Part shown: positions 15,229 to 30,425 of the stretch, in pieces
How positions within the stretch are numbered: position 1 is the first letter of the stretch
Layout: each line of letters starts with the position of its first letter
From: Flaccisagitta enflata
Taxonomy: Eukaryota
Assembly: GCA_965153355.1 (NCBI GenBank)
Contig: OZ231126.1
Span: 46,996,001-47,060,000 of the forward strand
Reading direction: 5' to 3'
Length of the DNA stretch: 64,000 nt
Program-made: the position numbers and the translations under genes
The notes under the pieces: model-generated
Told to the model about the DNA's origin: nothing
The model's database searches: none
What the model saw: the letters and a program-made list of their open reading frames with translations, nothing else

Positions 15229-15922
15229 AGGACATCCTTTTCCTTGTCTCACTTCTTCTTCTCATATCAAAACAAAATTTTGTGTTCATATTCTTTTAGT
15301 TTGAATAAATTTAACGTCATCCCAGATTCATCTGATCTTTGATTCTCCGTATCAGATCCTGGTTCAAGAGTCGCTGATTTTTGGCAATATGATCAACCTG
15401 AATGTGGAACCATTGAGGTAACGAGCATGTGACACGCATTGTACTATGTACATAGTACTACTTAGTGATACAGTATTCCTGGCTACCTCATATTGCGCAC
15501 TCACGAGTTTTATGTTGACAATGTGCATATTGAGGTGGCGAGCATGTGACACTCGAGTGTGTCAATATGCAAAAGGTCTTTTGATCAGCTCATCATCATC
15601 AAGGAGTATGGAGACACTAATTACAAGACACTAATTATTTTTATCTTATTCAGGGGGGAAATACTCAACTTTTCTCACCCCTAAAAAAAACAGTCTACTA
15701 GAGTTGAAACTCTTCAACAAATGACTAAAAAAAGTAAGAAGAGAATTACTCCCAAACTGACACTTATTCATAATGGCAAAAAGCATTATTTATTGATTTT
15801 GATTCGTTGGAAAAAGGGCGCGCGGGGGAAAAAGCCAGTTGATGCCGCCACTTTAGATAACACCTTGAAAAGATTAATCAAGTTGTGAAATCGCGCAAAG
15901 ATCTGAAGGATTTTCAGAGTTG

Positions 15923-15983
<61 letters not shown>

Positions 15984-16582
15984 GAGCAACCTCGATTCGG
16001 TTTTTGGCAAAAACATAACCAGTAGTAAGGATAGGGGGTAATACCTGATATAAATTTTGAAAACAGTCGAGAACGGGAGCTTTTGTGGAGAGGGTTTGGT
16101 AAAGCATAAACAACGTCGAAATAAGACAAGGCCTGCTACCCAGCTACCCCAGTCGCATGCGGGAGGGGCAGGGGCAGTACTAGAGAGGGTTTCTAGGGTA
16201 TTGTGGGCAGGAGCAGTAAGCTAAAAAAGCCAAAAAAATCATAAGAGGACCGACCAACCAACTGACGTACGGACAAAGCGGGGTGTAGAGTCGCGTAACA
16301 CGGGTCTTAAAAAACACAGGAAAGTGAAATGGAGGAGAGATAAAGGTAGGAGTGGACTGTGGAGAGATAAAAGTAGAAGATGAACGAGAAAAAAATCATG
16401 TAATAGATGTTTAAGGGGAATTCTTTAAGAGGATTAGTAAAAACAGCTCGATCAAGACCTGGAAAAGAGAACAATGAGGCAAAAGCTTAAAGGAGGTGTT
16501 GTTGTCGTATTAGGGAGAGTGTGGAAAAGAAGCTCACACACACACACACACTGACACACACACACACACTGACACACACAAA

Positions 16583-16730
<148 letters not shown>

Positions 16731-17427
16731 CACACGCAAACGCACGCACACACACACACAAACACACACGCACGCACACGCACATACACACACACCCGAA
16801 GCATCTTAAATACGCGTTTTTAGTCACGCGACTTTATAATCCGCCATGTCGGTTGGTTAGTTAATCGGTCCCTCCATCCGTCCATCACGCTTAGTTATTT
16901 TTGCTTAGTATTTTTTGGCGTTCATGGGCGCTTCCGGCATTTCTTCTCCTGCTTGGTTAGCCTTTTTTATCACTGCCCCTGCCGACCTGAACGTGACTTA
17001 GGTTGCCGTGTATACAGCCTTGTTTCACTATCCAACTCGAGCGTGACCGCGATCGACACCCAACCGACAGACCGACGGACGAACAAAGCCTTATTAGTAG
17101 AGTCGTTTGTCAGCGACTTAAAAAAGAATACAAGAATAAGAGGGAAAACATATTCTTCAACTACGAGTGGAAAACGTATTAAACATAATTCATGAATAAA
17201 TGATAAAAATGGTAGGAGGAGATAGTGGAGCGGGAGGATGATCCTCATGTTTTATTCCTTGCTTTATTTTTTTCAGCCACGTAGAATCAATTATTAAAGG
17301 ATTTTCCGTTACTTTCATCTACTTACGATTCGAGTTTCATTATTTCCTCAATTAAGTTGTATTGTCTGGTTCTTTATCAAGCACCAAGCATTAGGTCACC
17401 TGGGTGCACTTCTAAGTAATCTTAGGA

Positions 17428-17860
17428 CACTTTTCTTTTCTTTTTATAAGAACCAAGTTTATAAGAGCGTTAGGCTTAAAATCCTTAAAAAATTTTAAAA
17501 CATGCTAAAAATATTGGCAGCGTGCATTTTTTAAAAAATTTAAGAACTTAAAAATCTTTTAATATTTAGAAACATGCTAAAAATATTAGAAAGCTTCATT
17601 TTTCCATTGAAAATAATAAACCAGGATATTCTTTTATTCTTATAGTGGTTTTACTCCATTTTCATTCACTTAGAATTTCGAATCTGCCGCTTTGTTGTTT
17701 TATTGACATTTTTCCTCATTTTGTTTTATAAGACAAACTTTAACCTAACAAGAATGTTCTTTTTTAAAGTTAAAAACTGTGTTTGAATTAAGAACAATTT
17801 TAAAACATTTAAGCTTTTAAACTGTCCAAAAAGTGGCGTGCCTATAAAAAGAAATAAGTG
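17428..17860. mobile_element. Degenerate TA-type MITE related to 59620-59775
   Basis: CACTTTTCTTTTCTTTTTATAAGAAC ... TATAAAAAGAAATAAGTG|TA. Confidence 0.55.
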
Positions 17861-18093
17861 TATATCTTGTTACTTCTGAAATCACGCCAACATTTCTTTC
17901 TTTTGCTTTCGCCGATTAACGATTCTATAAGTAGCTTCTTTCTTTACCTTTTTCTTTACTTTTTCTTGATTTTCCCCTTCCTTAGCAGCGCGGCATTCCT
18001 TACGATTAACTCGGTTATTTTGGCACTTTCAAGTCTGCGTCGTCGTCGTCGTTGGTATAGAAAATTTTTTGCTGCTCCTGGTTTTGCAATAGG

Positions 18094-18184
<91 letters not shown>

Positions 18185-18226
18185 TATAGCACAGACAGAC
18201 AAGACAGAACATTTGCATTTTTCCCT

Positions 18227-18258
<32 letters not shown>

Positions 18259-21200
18259 AGAGAAGATGGTAATAAGAATATAATTATGTACTTGTAGCTA
18301 TTTGTTTTTGGGAGAGAGTGTTTTGCATGGAAATGAATGGGAAAATATTTTGCACCATCCTTGAAAAGAAGAGAGATAATCCGCAGATGTTAGACCATAG
18401 GAGGTCAAGAAGGATGAGAGAGAGAGAGAGAGAGAGAGAAAGATTTTGAAGAGATAAGTTAATGAGAGAGTTCTTAGAGAGAGAGATAAAAAAATTATTT
18501 TTGCACTAAGAGCTCCAAAAAAAAAATAGCATACATGGGGAAAGCATAAAAACAACCGAAAACTAATGTCATGTTGAAATAAAGTTTTAGCTTACAGATG
18601 TTTATTAGAAAAATGTTTGGAGAGGCAAAAACATTGTAAACAAGAAAAAAAGTAACTTATTTGTAAAAAATGGGTTTTATTACCTTTGATAACATGTAAG
18701 CCATTTAAAAACAAAGACACTACTTATTATTTTGCATGAAGTTTCAACATTCCAAATAAGTTCTTAAAAATAAAATAAAAAATGGGTGGATTGACCAAAC
18801 AACATGTAAGGCCAAGACGCGTGCCTACTTATATTTTATGAAGTTCTATTGTCTATTGATAGGACGATGCGTTCTGAGTTGACAAAAAGACATAGTCAGT
18901 TTTAGCATAGACAGAGTGCCTAAGTTCAGAAAGTTCTTTAAGCTCTGAAAACGGTAAGGCCTATTTTCGTACATGGGTGGGCAGACAGAGTGATTAAGAA
19001 GTTATTTCATGGTCAAACCGGGCCGAAAAAACTGACATGAAATGAAAATCCCCTAAAGTCCAGGTTGTTGTAGAAAATAGAAAGTCTTGAAAATTTGAAC
19101 ATTTTGCTTCAAAAAGTTTCCTCTTCAATCAAAATGGTAAGCCAATATCAAACCAACCCTGACATTGGATGACAGTTTTTAATTTTTCTTTTCATTGTTC
19201 ACAAAAGCCAATAAACAACCCTCCCTATGTAAATTTTCAGCAAAAATTGGGACAAAAGAGCCATCTTCCTGCTAAGTGCTGCCACTGTGATATTGGGGTA
19301 AACTATTTCATGAATCTCTGTAAAGTAAAAACAAAAGGCTTCCTACTAGAAGGTGTTGGAAAGGAGCTGCAGCTGGAAAGAATGAGGAGGAAGAGCATGC
19401 TTTAGAAATTCAGTCTCAGAGACCAAACTTGTAACAGTATAGTCTTAGACTAGTCTCAGTCTTGTGTCCAATGCCAGAGCCAGAGGAAGGAAAGATTAAC
19501 CAAGCCAAGCAACGCCAAGTCAACCAGTCCAGATGAAGCTAAGATAGACCACAAAAGCCACCCAGGCTTACTTATGCCATGCCAAGCCAAGCCAAGCCAA
19601 CCCAAGCCAAACCAAGCTTAACCATAGCAGACCTAGCCACCTAATTTCTCCAATGCAAAGCCAAGTTATGCCAAGCCACACAAGTGCTCTTTATTCCCTA
19701 TTTCTCATTTTTGTTGGAATTATCTTCCATCCATTTTTTGGTTTTAGGAGTTTATGAATTTCTAATTTTTGATTTTCATTGATCTGGACTGTGAAATTTC
19801 ACCCTTTAGATGAAAAATGAACCAACCACTGGCAGGGGGGCTGAAACAAACATTAAATTGTTTGAATATAAAACCCTGAGCAAGCAACACATATTCTATC
19901 ATTCACTGAAAATTGAAAAACTCAAAGACGAATCTATGCTGTTGATTGATCCCGCCATAAATGTGTATGAAATATCTTTTTTGTCAATTTTTCCTTAAAG
20001 AAATTTGATGTATAAATCAATTGCTTTATTTATAGCAAGATAACAAACTGACAACAATATGCAAATCCAATGTGGAAGTGAAATAGAAAAACAACTTTGA
20101 AATTTACACCTCAAAAATCGGGGATGTGAATTATACAAGACACAGCAATCATGACACGGATGGTTGAGCAACAGTGCTGCAAAAACACTTGTAATCCAAA
20201 AAAGAAACAGACTAACATGGCAAGTGAATGCAATTAGAATTCATCAGGATATCAGTAAAGTTTTAAAAGAAGTAAAGAACATTTTCTTAGAATCTTCATA
20301 CATTGTTTGATAAGGATTAAGAACAAGTAATTGAAAACATTTCGTTTGAAATATATTTGACAAATTCAATCCAAAACATGATCTTCTACTTTTTCTTACT
20401 CTGTAGGTGAATATTGGATTTCCTACATTATTATCATAAAATTGCATATTTTCAAATAGGACGTAAAGCATGAGACTACTAGTACGGTCCAGAAAAGTAT
20501 CATTTTGAGAAATCAAGTGGTGGAAAAGGCGTTTCGAAACCCATTTTTCATGCTGAAGCCAGTGGTAATGGTCCCGAGGCTGTAAAATGATCGGATACCC
20601 CACAACATTTGCCCTGAATGAGCATACACACCAATTTTGACATATTTCAGCCATTTTTGATCATATTTGTGGTGTTTTAATATGCCTCTCTCTAAAAAAA
20701 GCATAAAAGCCACTCTGATTGATTTTTACAATAAAACAATACTTTATCATACATTTTTGAAACATTTTTACATCAAATAATGTGTTTTTCCACTCCTGCG
20801 GCCCCGTATCGAGCATGAAATTCCAATTCTTGACAGTTTATTCCTTTTTTTACTGTTGTTGCTGTTGTTTTTGTTGTTCTTGTTCTCATTGTTGCTGTTG
20901 TTGTTGCTATTGTTGTTGTTGTTGATGTAGTTGTTGTTGTTGTTGCTGTTAATGCTGCTGCTGTTGTTGTTGTTGTTGTTGTTGCTATAAAGTTTTCATT
21001 CCGTGATTTTTGAAAAATTAGTATTTTTCCCCTTTATCTTGAGAAAAGTAGCTGTAGTTGATGCTGATGCTGATTTTGTTGTTGTTGTTGTTGTTATTGT
21101 TGTTGTTGTTGTTGTTATTTTTGTTATTTATTCTTGTTGTTGTTGTTGTGATTTTGTAAGTAGATATCATTTGATTTTTGACAACTCAATATTTTTAGTC

Positions 21201-21453
21201 GCTTGCTACGCGACTCTACAACCCTCTTTGTCAGTCTGTCGGTGCGTCCATCGGTCCGTTCGTCAGTCCATTGGTTGGTCTGTCCATTGGTCTGTCACAC
21301 TTTTCTTTTTTTTGGTGTTGCGGTCTTTTGCCCCACTGCTCCTGCCCATATGATTAAGTGACCTCAAATACAGCCCCTGCCCACCCGCAAGCGACTGGGG
21401 TAGCGCGTATGCGGCCTTGTTTATCTATGCAAAGCATCTGCCTCTCAGTGAAA

Positions 21454-21491
<38 letters not shown>

Positions 21492-21867
21492 TTGTTGTTT
21501 TCATTGTCATTTTATGTACTTTTTTTCCTTTCCTATTGTAATTGCTATTGAAATTGTTTATCTCATTCAAAGCGTTCATCCTTCAATCAGATCATTTATT
21601 ACTGTAAGTTTTATTTGTTGAAATTCAATTGTTTGACAAAAAGAAACCATTATCAAAAACAGAAATAACTTTATTTTCTTAAAAATCAACTTTTCTTAGT
21701 TGAATTGAAAACAAGAATAATACAGTCATATCTTTTCCTACAAATGACCAATCTTGACTGACTTGTCCTATTTTCATTATTTTTGCTGAAGAATGCACCA
21801 CTGCCAACACTCGGTGTAGACTGACTAGTGACTAGTCTAGTGTCTAGTGTCTAGTGTCTAGATTAAA

Positions 21868-22403
21868 ATGGAGTCCGCTCAGTTCAGTGTTTCTTCCACC
21901 TAAATCATGACTGAGCTTTGCCGCAGAAGGGTTGACCCCCTTCCCTCAACTTCACCGGCGCCAAAGCATCTCAAACCTACTGTCAAGCACTCTCCATGGC
22001 AAAAAATCAATGAAGAACTTGGTCTTCATTTTCCGCTTGAGGATTTCCTTGGTGCAGAGGTGCCAAAAAATGGCCAGGTGTTTTGACATTTGAGCCATTT
22101 TCGTCAAGAAGAGTCTTGCCTGCCTCACCGTGGTGCAACGTCAATCCTAGTGGGTTTCCGAGCGCCTAATCTTTCTCACATTGTGTTTGGAGGAAAGAGC
22201 TGCCATCGCTGCTGTGCTTTTCTCAATTAAGCCGGAGACCCAGGTGGAGCAAGGGAAGCCAAAATTCCCAGTTCTCAGGCAAGACTTTGTTGGGCCTCAG
22301 TCGTGGGTTTTTTTTCGATCATCTTGCGATGCTGGATCGTAAGAATTCCACTCAGCAACTGTTGGATGATGCTTTAATTGCGTTGAAATCAATCGTCAAT
22401 GGT
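21868..22403 (+). pseudogene. Internally deleted, stop-interrupted transposase remnant (hAT/hATm-like)
   Basis: Translates as ..LEDFLGAEVPKNGQVF*HL.. and ..QRQS*WVSERLIFLTLCLEERAAIAAVLF..GKPKFP..DFVGPQSWVFF; from memory this resembles the H.WYL.E..V.L.LF / GKP.FP / DFVG..SW.FF blocks of hATm-type transposases; lies inside the TIR element. Confidence 0.5.
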
Positions 22404-22984
22404 CTCCGTCCCCTCCCTCTGTTGGCTATCAAGGCCTCAAATTTGCCCTCCCAGCCTTCAATTTAGCCCTCCATGCCTTAAATCAGCCTGCCAGGCTTCA
22501 AATAGAAAGCGGTCACGCAACTGCTCCAAGTCATTGAAATCTATCATTACAAAACGCTGGATTTCCGCGCGAAAATGAGTTTGATATACGTATATCAATT
22601 GTTGTTTAATGGGTTTATAATAAAGTATATGTTTACATGGGGAGAAATCTGCTGAAACACACCTTAGACTGTCAGGAAATGTAAAAAAAAGCGATGAAAA
22701 ACAAGTAACGTAATCCATAGAAATTGCCAGAAGTTCTTTTAACTTTGAGCATACAGAGAGGGTCTCAGTTTTCGTGTATCAAGTTTATATGACAGGCAAC
22801 TCCAAGTACTGTATGAGTCTGGTTTCAAAAAAAATTTTCTCTGCTGCGCTCCCCTTCTACTGATCGCATTTTTTCATGGCACATAAGCCTAAATACTATT
22901 GCGCAGCTAAACAGCTTTAAAAGAAGGATAGTGCTGTGGACAATTTTTTAAATCCAGTTTCTGTTTAATAATTCCTTTCATATA

Positions 22985-23473
22985 CACGCACTTGACTGAG
23001 TAACAACGGGTTATTTTTTTCTGAGGCTCAATGTTGTTATTTGAATAACAATGTGAGGCTCAAACCGTTGCTAAACTGTTGTTATTTTTTTCTCATCAAT
23101 CTTCTAATGTAACGATCGATTAGGATGTCTGTACTTCCATTCCTTTTGCTGCTTTCTCTGGAATGAAAGGGATCTGGGGTAGGAATGAAATGAAGGAGAA
23201 GAATCATTCAAAATAAGGATCAAAATGTTGTTATAACTAAAATACAGAAGAAAAAGCCACCCCTTCTTCAAAACCGCCGCATGTTACAATTGAATGCAAC
23301 GGAAATTATAGCGAATCTAAGAGAAAAGTTATTATTGGTTGGACATGAGGCTGAAATGTTGTTATATTTTTGATTTTCTGAGGCTGACAATGTTGCTACA
23401 AATGTTCTTATTTTTTTTACATTTTGAGCCTCAACGTTGTTATAAAGAAGGTTGTTACTCAGTCAAGTGCGTG
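22985..23473. mobile_element. TA-flanked MITE with internal AATGTTGTTAT repeats
   Basis: TA|CACGCACTTGACTGAGTAACAAC ... GTTGTTACTCAGTCAAGTGCGTG|TA. Confidence 0.9.
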
Positions 23474-23475
23474 TA

Positions 23476-23817
23476 CCGTATTTCTTGCATTTATCGCCCC
23501 CCCTCTAATTAGCGCCCCCCCCTTTTTCATGAAATGATGAGCTAATGATGAGAGTGATTTTTTTTTAAAGTTAAAGAAATTTTATTGGAAATAAGATTTG
23601 TTTGGCAAAAGCCATATGAGTATGAGATTTGATACAACAAAATATCCTCTTTTTAGTGATTTGCTGATTTGAATTATAAGAAAATTGTCAGAAAGTGTAA
23701 ATTTCATAGAATATTAATAATATATTAGTGAAAAGGGGGCGCTAATTGCAGGTTTAAAATAACAATGTTTCATTTCAATTTCAAAAGCGCCCGGGGCGCT
23801 AATTACAAGAAATACGG
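23476..23817. mobile_element. pogo/Tigger-type (CCGTA) MITE
   Basis: TA|CCGTATTTCTTG ... CAAGAAATACGG|TA with AATTAGCGCCCC subterminal repeats. Confidence 0.88.
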
Positions 23818-26800
23818 TATATATAAAAGATGAACCCGGTTATTAATATACTTATACTTCTGATAGTGCTTAATTAAGACTATTTAAACAAAGTTTTTCT
23901 AAGTGACAAAGAATTTTTAGGCATCCCCTTACTACTTCAAATCAGCCCCCCCCCCTGCCTAAATCTGACCTCCAGACCTCAAATCTGTCCTTCAGACTTT
24001 CAATTAGCCCTCCAAGCAATGAAACAGCCGTCTGTGACTCAAGTTTGCCTTTCAAACCTCAAATCTGCTCTCCAAGCCTTAATTCTGCCCTCCAGCCTTC
24101 AAATATGGCCTAAATCAGTCATCTAAGGCCTGAAATATACCTCTCAGGATTCCCCCTTTGTTCTACAGGACATCGGCCCTTTGGGGCCACTGCCCTGCTC
24201 TCCCTCCACTTCTTCACTGGATCACTCCCAGCAGGTCATCGGGTACCGCTGACCATGTGCGATCCTTGGATGACTAGTTACTACATCTTCTGCTTACCTG
24301 CATGTGATAAGGGAATCTGGGTATAACCATGGCCAAAAAAAAAAGTAGGCGCTCAATTTTTATCATTTAATTGAAAACCAGTCACACTTTTTACTTGAAA
24401 TCTATGAGCTTTTTAAAGACCTTCAAAAACTCTGCAAATCTGGACTGAGCAGAAATTTGTGACTCAAGTCGTGTAGAAATGACATAAGATTGAAGTTCAA
24501 CACTCATTTTTCAAAATGCCAAAATGAGCAGATTTCATCATCTGTGAACAAGGCACTATTTTACTTACTTTTTCTGCAGATGGAAGTAATGAAATAAATG
24601 GAATAAAATTAAAGGTAAAAATGAAGTATTTTTAATTCTCTACAAGATGAAACCAAGCAAAATTCTTGATTCCACTTTGTTTAAAGGCTGTATTAATTCA
24701 AAGTTGGTTACTCTAAAAACATTTCTTAACATATTCGAGATTTTTGAGTAGTTGTCTTTAGAATATCATAACTTCTAAAATTTTGAAGCCAGAATGTTCG
24801 GAAAGAGCTCAAATGAAAGATCTTTCAAAGCTCTTTAAAACCATCATAGATTTTAAGGGTTTACCATCTTTAGTAACCAAGCAATCAACAATCAAAACAT
24901 TGCGTCTACTTTTTTTTTTTTTGCCATGGTTAATTGTCAATTTCTTTCCAAAGAACTTTGGGCCTCGGGATGCGATGTTGCGTTCTGGCATATTTCAGCA
25001 ACCAAAGGTTCTTTAAGGAGACTCAAAAAATCTGCTATCCAAAAGCTACAGAATTCTTAGTTGAATCTTTCGCCCTGTCACTTAGTGATATTTTTCTTTT
25101 TGCCCCATTAGCCCTTGCACCTCATAATCTACAACAGAAATTAGTGAAATTAAAACCCGAGCCAACCCCCAGCAACCTCGGGGTTGCTCGGGGTTGCTTG
25201 GGGTTGATTGGGGTTGCCTCTAGCAAATAATTGAAGGATTTCCCTGAGCACTCCCCTCTTTAGTGTATTGTGTTGGATGACATGAAGACTTGTCAATCAT
25301 CGTCTCAATTACTGAATTAGTTAAGAGAATGATGATTAATTTTTAGTCAGATTTTTAGTTGCGTGCTACGCGACTCTACACCCTGCTTTCTCGGTCCACC
25401 CATCGGTCTGTCCGTCGGTCCGTCGGTCCATCGGTCCGTTGGTCCGTTGGTCCGTTGGTCCGTCCATCAGTCCGTCCATCACACTTTACTTTTTCTGGGT
25501 TTTTGCGGTTTTTGGCCTCACTGCTCCTGCCCAAATGATGGAGTGACCCCAATTATAACAGATGAATTCTGAAGATTAGAATGGGGAAAATACTGATTTT
25601 TCAAGAATCAAGGAATGCTCACTTTACAGCAACATACCAACAACAACATCAACAGCATTGACAGCAACAAAAATAACAACAACATTAATAAAAACAAAAA
25701 CAACAACAGCATTAATAGCAGCAACAACAATAAAAATAAAAACAAAAACAACAGCGACAACAGTAAAAAATAGGAACAAACTGCCAAGATTTCGAATTTT
25801 ATGCTCAATACGGGGCCCTAGGGCTGAAAAAGTACACATTAGGATGTAAAAATGTTTGAAACATGTATGATGATGTATTGTACTTTTGTCAAAATCAATC
25901 AGAGTGGCTTTTGTGCTTATTTTTAAAGAGAGGCACATTAAAACACCACAAATATGATTGATAATGGCGGAAACATGTCAGTATTGGTATATATGCTCAT
26001 TCAGGGCAAATGTTGTGGGGTACCCGATCATTTTACAGCCTGGGGACCATTACCACTGGCTTCAGCACGAAAAAAGGGTTTAGAAACACTTTTTCCACCA
26101 CTTGATTTCTCAAAATGATACTTTTCTGGACCATACTAATGAGACTACAACATGCAAATCAGATCATCATCATCAGAGCTAACTGTCCTACCCTACCCTG
26201 CTAAAATGGTTTCATTACCACAGGAAGAAGGTACGAGTTTTGCAGCAGCGGCAGGTCAGACATACCCTGCAAAGCCATACCAAATCTGACCAGGCAGTAA
26301 AAAGGGTACTTTTGAACAAGAAAGAAGCTTTTAAGTTGCTAGTGGAAATGTTGACAAATAGTCTTTTGGACTATTGCATAGAAGTACAAAAGATGTTCAC
26401 CTTTTCTTTTTTACTTCTTTTTTTTGTAATTGGTAGGTCAAAATCTGGTTCATCATGATCATAAAATGATGAATCACAAAGAGAAGAAAACCTATGAGGT
26501 ATCAGGTTTTAAACAAGATTTTGCCTTAACTATCCCACCTGGGCATGCAGTATTGTTTCTCTCATCTATTGAAAAAAATCCTTATCAATTCATGGGACAC
26601 TAACTCTTGATTTTATTATTGTTTTCGCAGCAGCGGCAGGTCAGGCACTCCCTGCATAACTGTAACAAATCTGACCAGGCAATTAATCAAGCCCAGCCTC
26701 TTCCAGACTAACTTTCAGTCTGGGAATCAATTAAGCATTAGGCCATTTAAAGACATTTTAATTGCCTGAGGATAATCAAAAGAATTTCAAAGGTAATGAG

Positions 26801-29800
26801 AAGTTAGAAATTTGTTAATAATGTTTTGATGCCTATTTAGATCAATTTTCTGGTGAGGGTCAAGATTCAAGTATCTAATGATGAAATAAATCCTGTATAT
26901 CAAAGACAAAATAGAGATTGGAATCAGAACAAAGATGGCTCTTGCGAGGTTGTTGACTGCATTATGTAAATGAGGAAAGCGTTTTTCAATCATTCTCAAA
27001 TTCAAATTTTCAAGTCTCTGAAGGGACATCCTAATACTTTCATATGCTTAGATTTGTGTAGCAAGGCTGGATTTGGGCATTCAAGGCTGAATTTGGGCCT
27101 TCAAAACTGAATTTGGGCATTGAGAATGGGACCTGGGCCTCGATGTTGGGATTCTGACCTTGAGATCAGGATCGAGTCAAGGGGGGGGGGGGGCAGAGAA
27201 ACAGAAGAAAAAAAATCACAGCTTCTGTGTAAACACATAGGGCATCAGCCCCCTCAGACCCATTGTCCAAATAAGGTTCAATAGGTGTGTATTAAACTGA
27301 ACAACCTGAGGGAAGGTCATGGTTGAACTAGTATCTCAGTGATGAATAGAATGAATAGCGATTTTTATAAAATTAACAGGAAAAATGTTTTTTTATTACT
27401 TTATTAGACTGTAAGGAGCAAAAAAAATTCCAATATAACATTGATCAAATTCTGGAATGGCTCTAAGGCATTGCAGATATGAAAAATGGACTTTACTGCT
27501 AGATTGATGGACTGATTATCTAATAAAGGTCAATCGTTGCACTTGAAATAAATGACATTCAGGAAGTTTTTCTAAGGTCACGATAGAGCTGCGATATGCA
27601 AATAAGATTGAGTGTTCCTTCTCAGTATTTTGTACTGTTTTGGCCGCATAAAAATCAAAACAAGGCTGGATACTCAGCAATCCAGTTGTGGATGGTTGGG
27701 CAGGAGCAGTAATGTGAAAAAACCGCTTGGAATTCAAAAATGTGACGGATGGATGGACTGACCTACCAACCAACCAACCAACACGGCAAGGTGTAGAGTC
27801 ACATGTCCGCGACTAAAAAAAGGGGTAGAAGACAAATGGATGGTTCACTCCCTCTTCCTCTAATTTTCAAAAACAATTTGCCGGATTGCTTATGAGTCAA
27901 TGGTTTATTGAAGGGAAGAGATACATCAACCTCTTTCCTTTTACTTCATGTCATAATTATTCAAGGCTTGCAAGGGAAGCTGTTTCTTTGGTGTGTGTAA
28001 GCCTTTTAGGAGAAAAATTGACACTCAGGAAGTTTTTATTGGGTCAATAAAGAACTGCAATATGCAAACAAGGTTGACACTGATACAGGCCCCTGAAAAA
28101 AATGACATGTTTTTTATTTGCAGATACGCAACTCTATAAGAACCTTTGTCCATCTGTCAGTTGGTCCATATGTCTGTCGGTCCGTCTGCTGTTATAATCA
28201 GATGGACATGACTGTTACACTCATGGACAATAATCTACAAAATACCGATCAATGCATCTGAAAAAATGTCTCATTCTGGAAGTCTTTTTAGGTTGCTTTA
28301 GAGCTGCAACATGCAAATTTGATTGAGTGTCAGTTTTAGCTGCATCGAAGGTTTAAATAGTTGCAAAAGCGTTTGATGGTCAGTGGTTTTTGTGCCCTGC
28401 TAGAGTAGGTTGTGCGAGTGTTGCTTGCCTCTGTGCAAAAGCAATGGGCATCAACCCATTCAGAGCCGTAATCCAAGTAAAGGTAGATGAGTGCAAAGGG
28501 AACTGAACAATTTGAGGGAAAAATAATGGTTGATCTGACATATCAATGACAGATTGAGAGATCAATGACATTTAGATTTTTCCTGGAAACAACAAGTTTT
28601 TTAAGTAAATTGTTAGACTGTAAGGATCAAAATGAATTCCAATATGACATTGATCAAATTCTGAAATGGCTCTAAGGCACTGCAGATATCAAGAAATGGA
28701 CTTGACTGCTAGACTAATGGACTAATGATCAACTAAAGGCCGATCTATGCACCCGAAAAAAATGATATTCAGGTAGGTTTTTAAAGGTCACTATAGAGCT
28801 GCAATATGCAAAAAAGATTGAGTGTCCCCTCTCGGTCTTTCATACTGTTTTGGCCGCATAGCCATTGAAAAAAGGGTGAGAAGATAAAGGGATGGTTCTC
28901 TCCCTCTCCCTCAAATTTTCAGATACAATTTGCCGGATTGCTCATGAGTCAATAGTTTGGGTCTGGGTGGAAGAAAAATGGATGGCTCTTATTTTGAACA
29001 GTCAAGGTTACTCATGAATTAAGAGGCGAAAAGAGTATTGACAGGTTAGTGAAGATGGGCAAAGATATTTCTGAGGATATCAGATTAAGTTGCAGTCAAC
29101 CCCAGCAATTGAGACAGAGTATGCGCAATGTTTATGCTTTGGGTGATTTCATTTTTACAATACTTATTACATCACAGTGAATGAAACTATCAAACCTACA
29201 TCATAAAAGATATCTTCTGACATGAACAAAGTATAGATCAAATCGATAGTACATGTATTTCAATCAGCAGCATTTTTGAACTTATATGAAAAGATTATTT
29301 GATTAAAAGATACAGATAGTGAGGTTTGATTGCACTCTACAATATGCAAATGAGATTGAATCTGACCCTATGAAAGTCAAAGTGCTAATTAATGGAATAA
29401 GGCCGGATACACAGCTACCAAAGTTGCGTGCCGGTGGGGAGGGGCCATATTTGAGGTCACCAGACCATTTGGGCAGGAGCATTGAGGTCAAAGAAATTAA
29501 ATCATAAAAAAAGTAAAGTGTGACTGACCAACCGATGGACGGACAATGCAGGTGCATGCGACTAAAAATCTTGTTCTTCTCCTACAAAAATGGCCTATAT
29601 TTGGATTAAGCAAAAATTTTAGTCAATAGATGCAGAACTCAGTAGGTAGAATCTTTTTGATGAAGTGTATCAAACAATCAAACATTTTTGGTTTTGGAAA
29701 GCAAGTTATTGTTAAACTACAGGTCAAGAGAGAGATTGGCTACACCTTTAGAAACCCATGAAATCATTTGCATATTGCAGATATAGTCTTCTCCTGATCA

Positions 29801-30196
29801 AAATCTTCAGCCATGTCTCATAAATGTATTTTTTTGTATTTTTTAATCAATCTTGACTCTTGATGATGCCCTGTTCTCCAGTATCTTTTTGTTTCATGTC
29901 TTGTTCTGGTAGTAAGACACTCTCTGTTAAAAATCTCACTCATCCCAAAGAAATGTTTTTGACCTTCCTCTTCAACAATCTGTTTCAAAAGTTAGTTTTT
30001 TTGGGGGTTAGGAAAGAAAGGGCCTTATTTCTTTTTAAATGTCAAAGGGTTAACAATGAGAACAAATATCAGTTCCAGTTCAGGCATTGATTAGGCATAA
30101 AAAAGTGATCAAGCTTAGTGTTTGAGGGTTGATTTCAGGGTAAGGTTTAGTCCCGGGGGAAGAGTGAGTTAAAGGGGTAGGGATGAGTTAGGAAGG

Positions 30197-30267
<71 letters not shown>

Positions 30268-30425
30268 GCTTCATTATTCCAGCTCAAGGACAACTTCACT
30301 GAGTCAACCCAGTCATCATGCAAGGCCAGGCTTTGGTATCCAAGAAAGAGAGAGGGAGAGAAAAAGAAAAAGAATCATTTTGATCATGGAACCTGAGTGA
30401 AGAAAAGTTAAGGAGGTAAAGTTAA

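Larger units (their letters stand above)
20480..26138. mobile_element. 5.66-kb DNA transposon relic with ~500-bp TIRs and nested insertions
   Basis: TAGTACGGTCCAGAAAAGTATC ... GATACTTTTCTGGACCATACTA; arms ~20480-20990 and ~25620-26138; ATGAGACTAC duplicated at 20470-20479 and 26139-26148. Confidence 0.85.
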
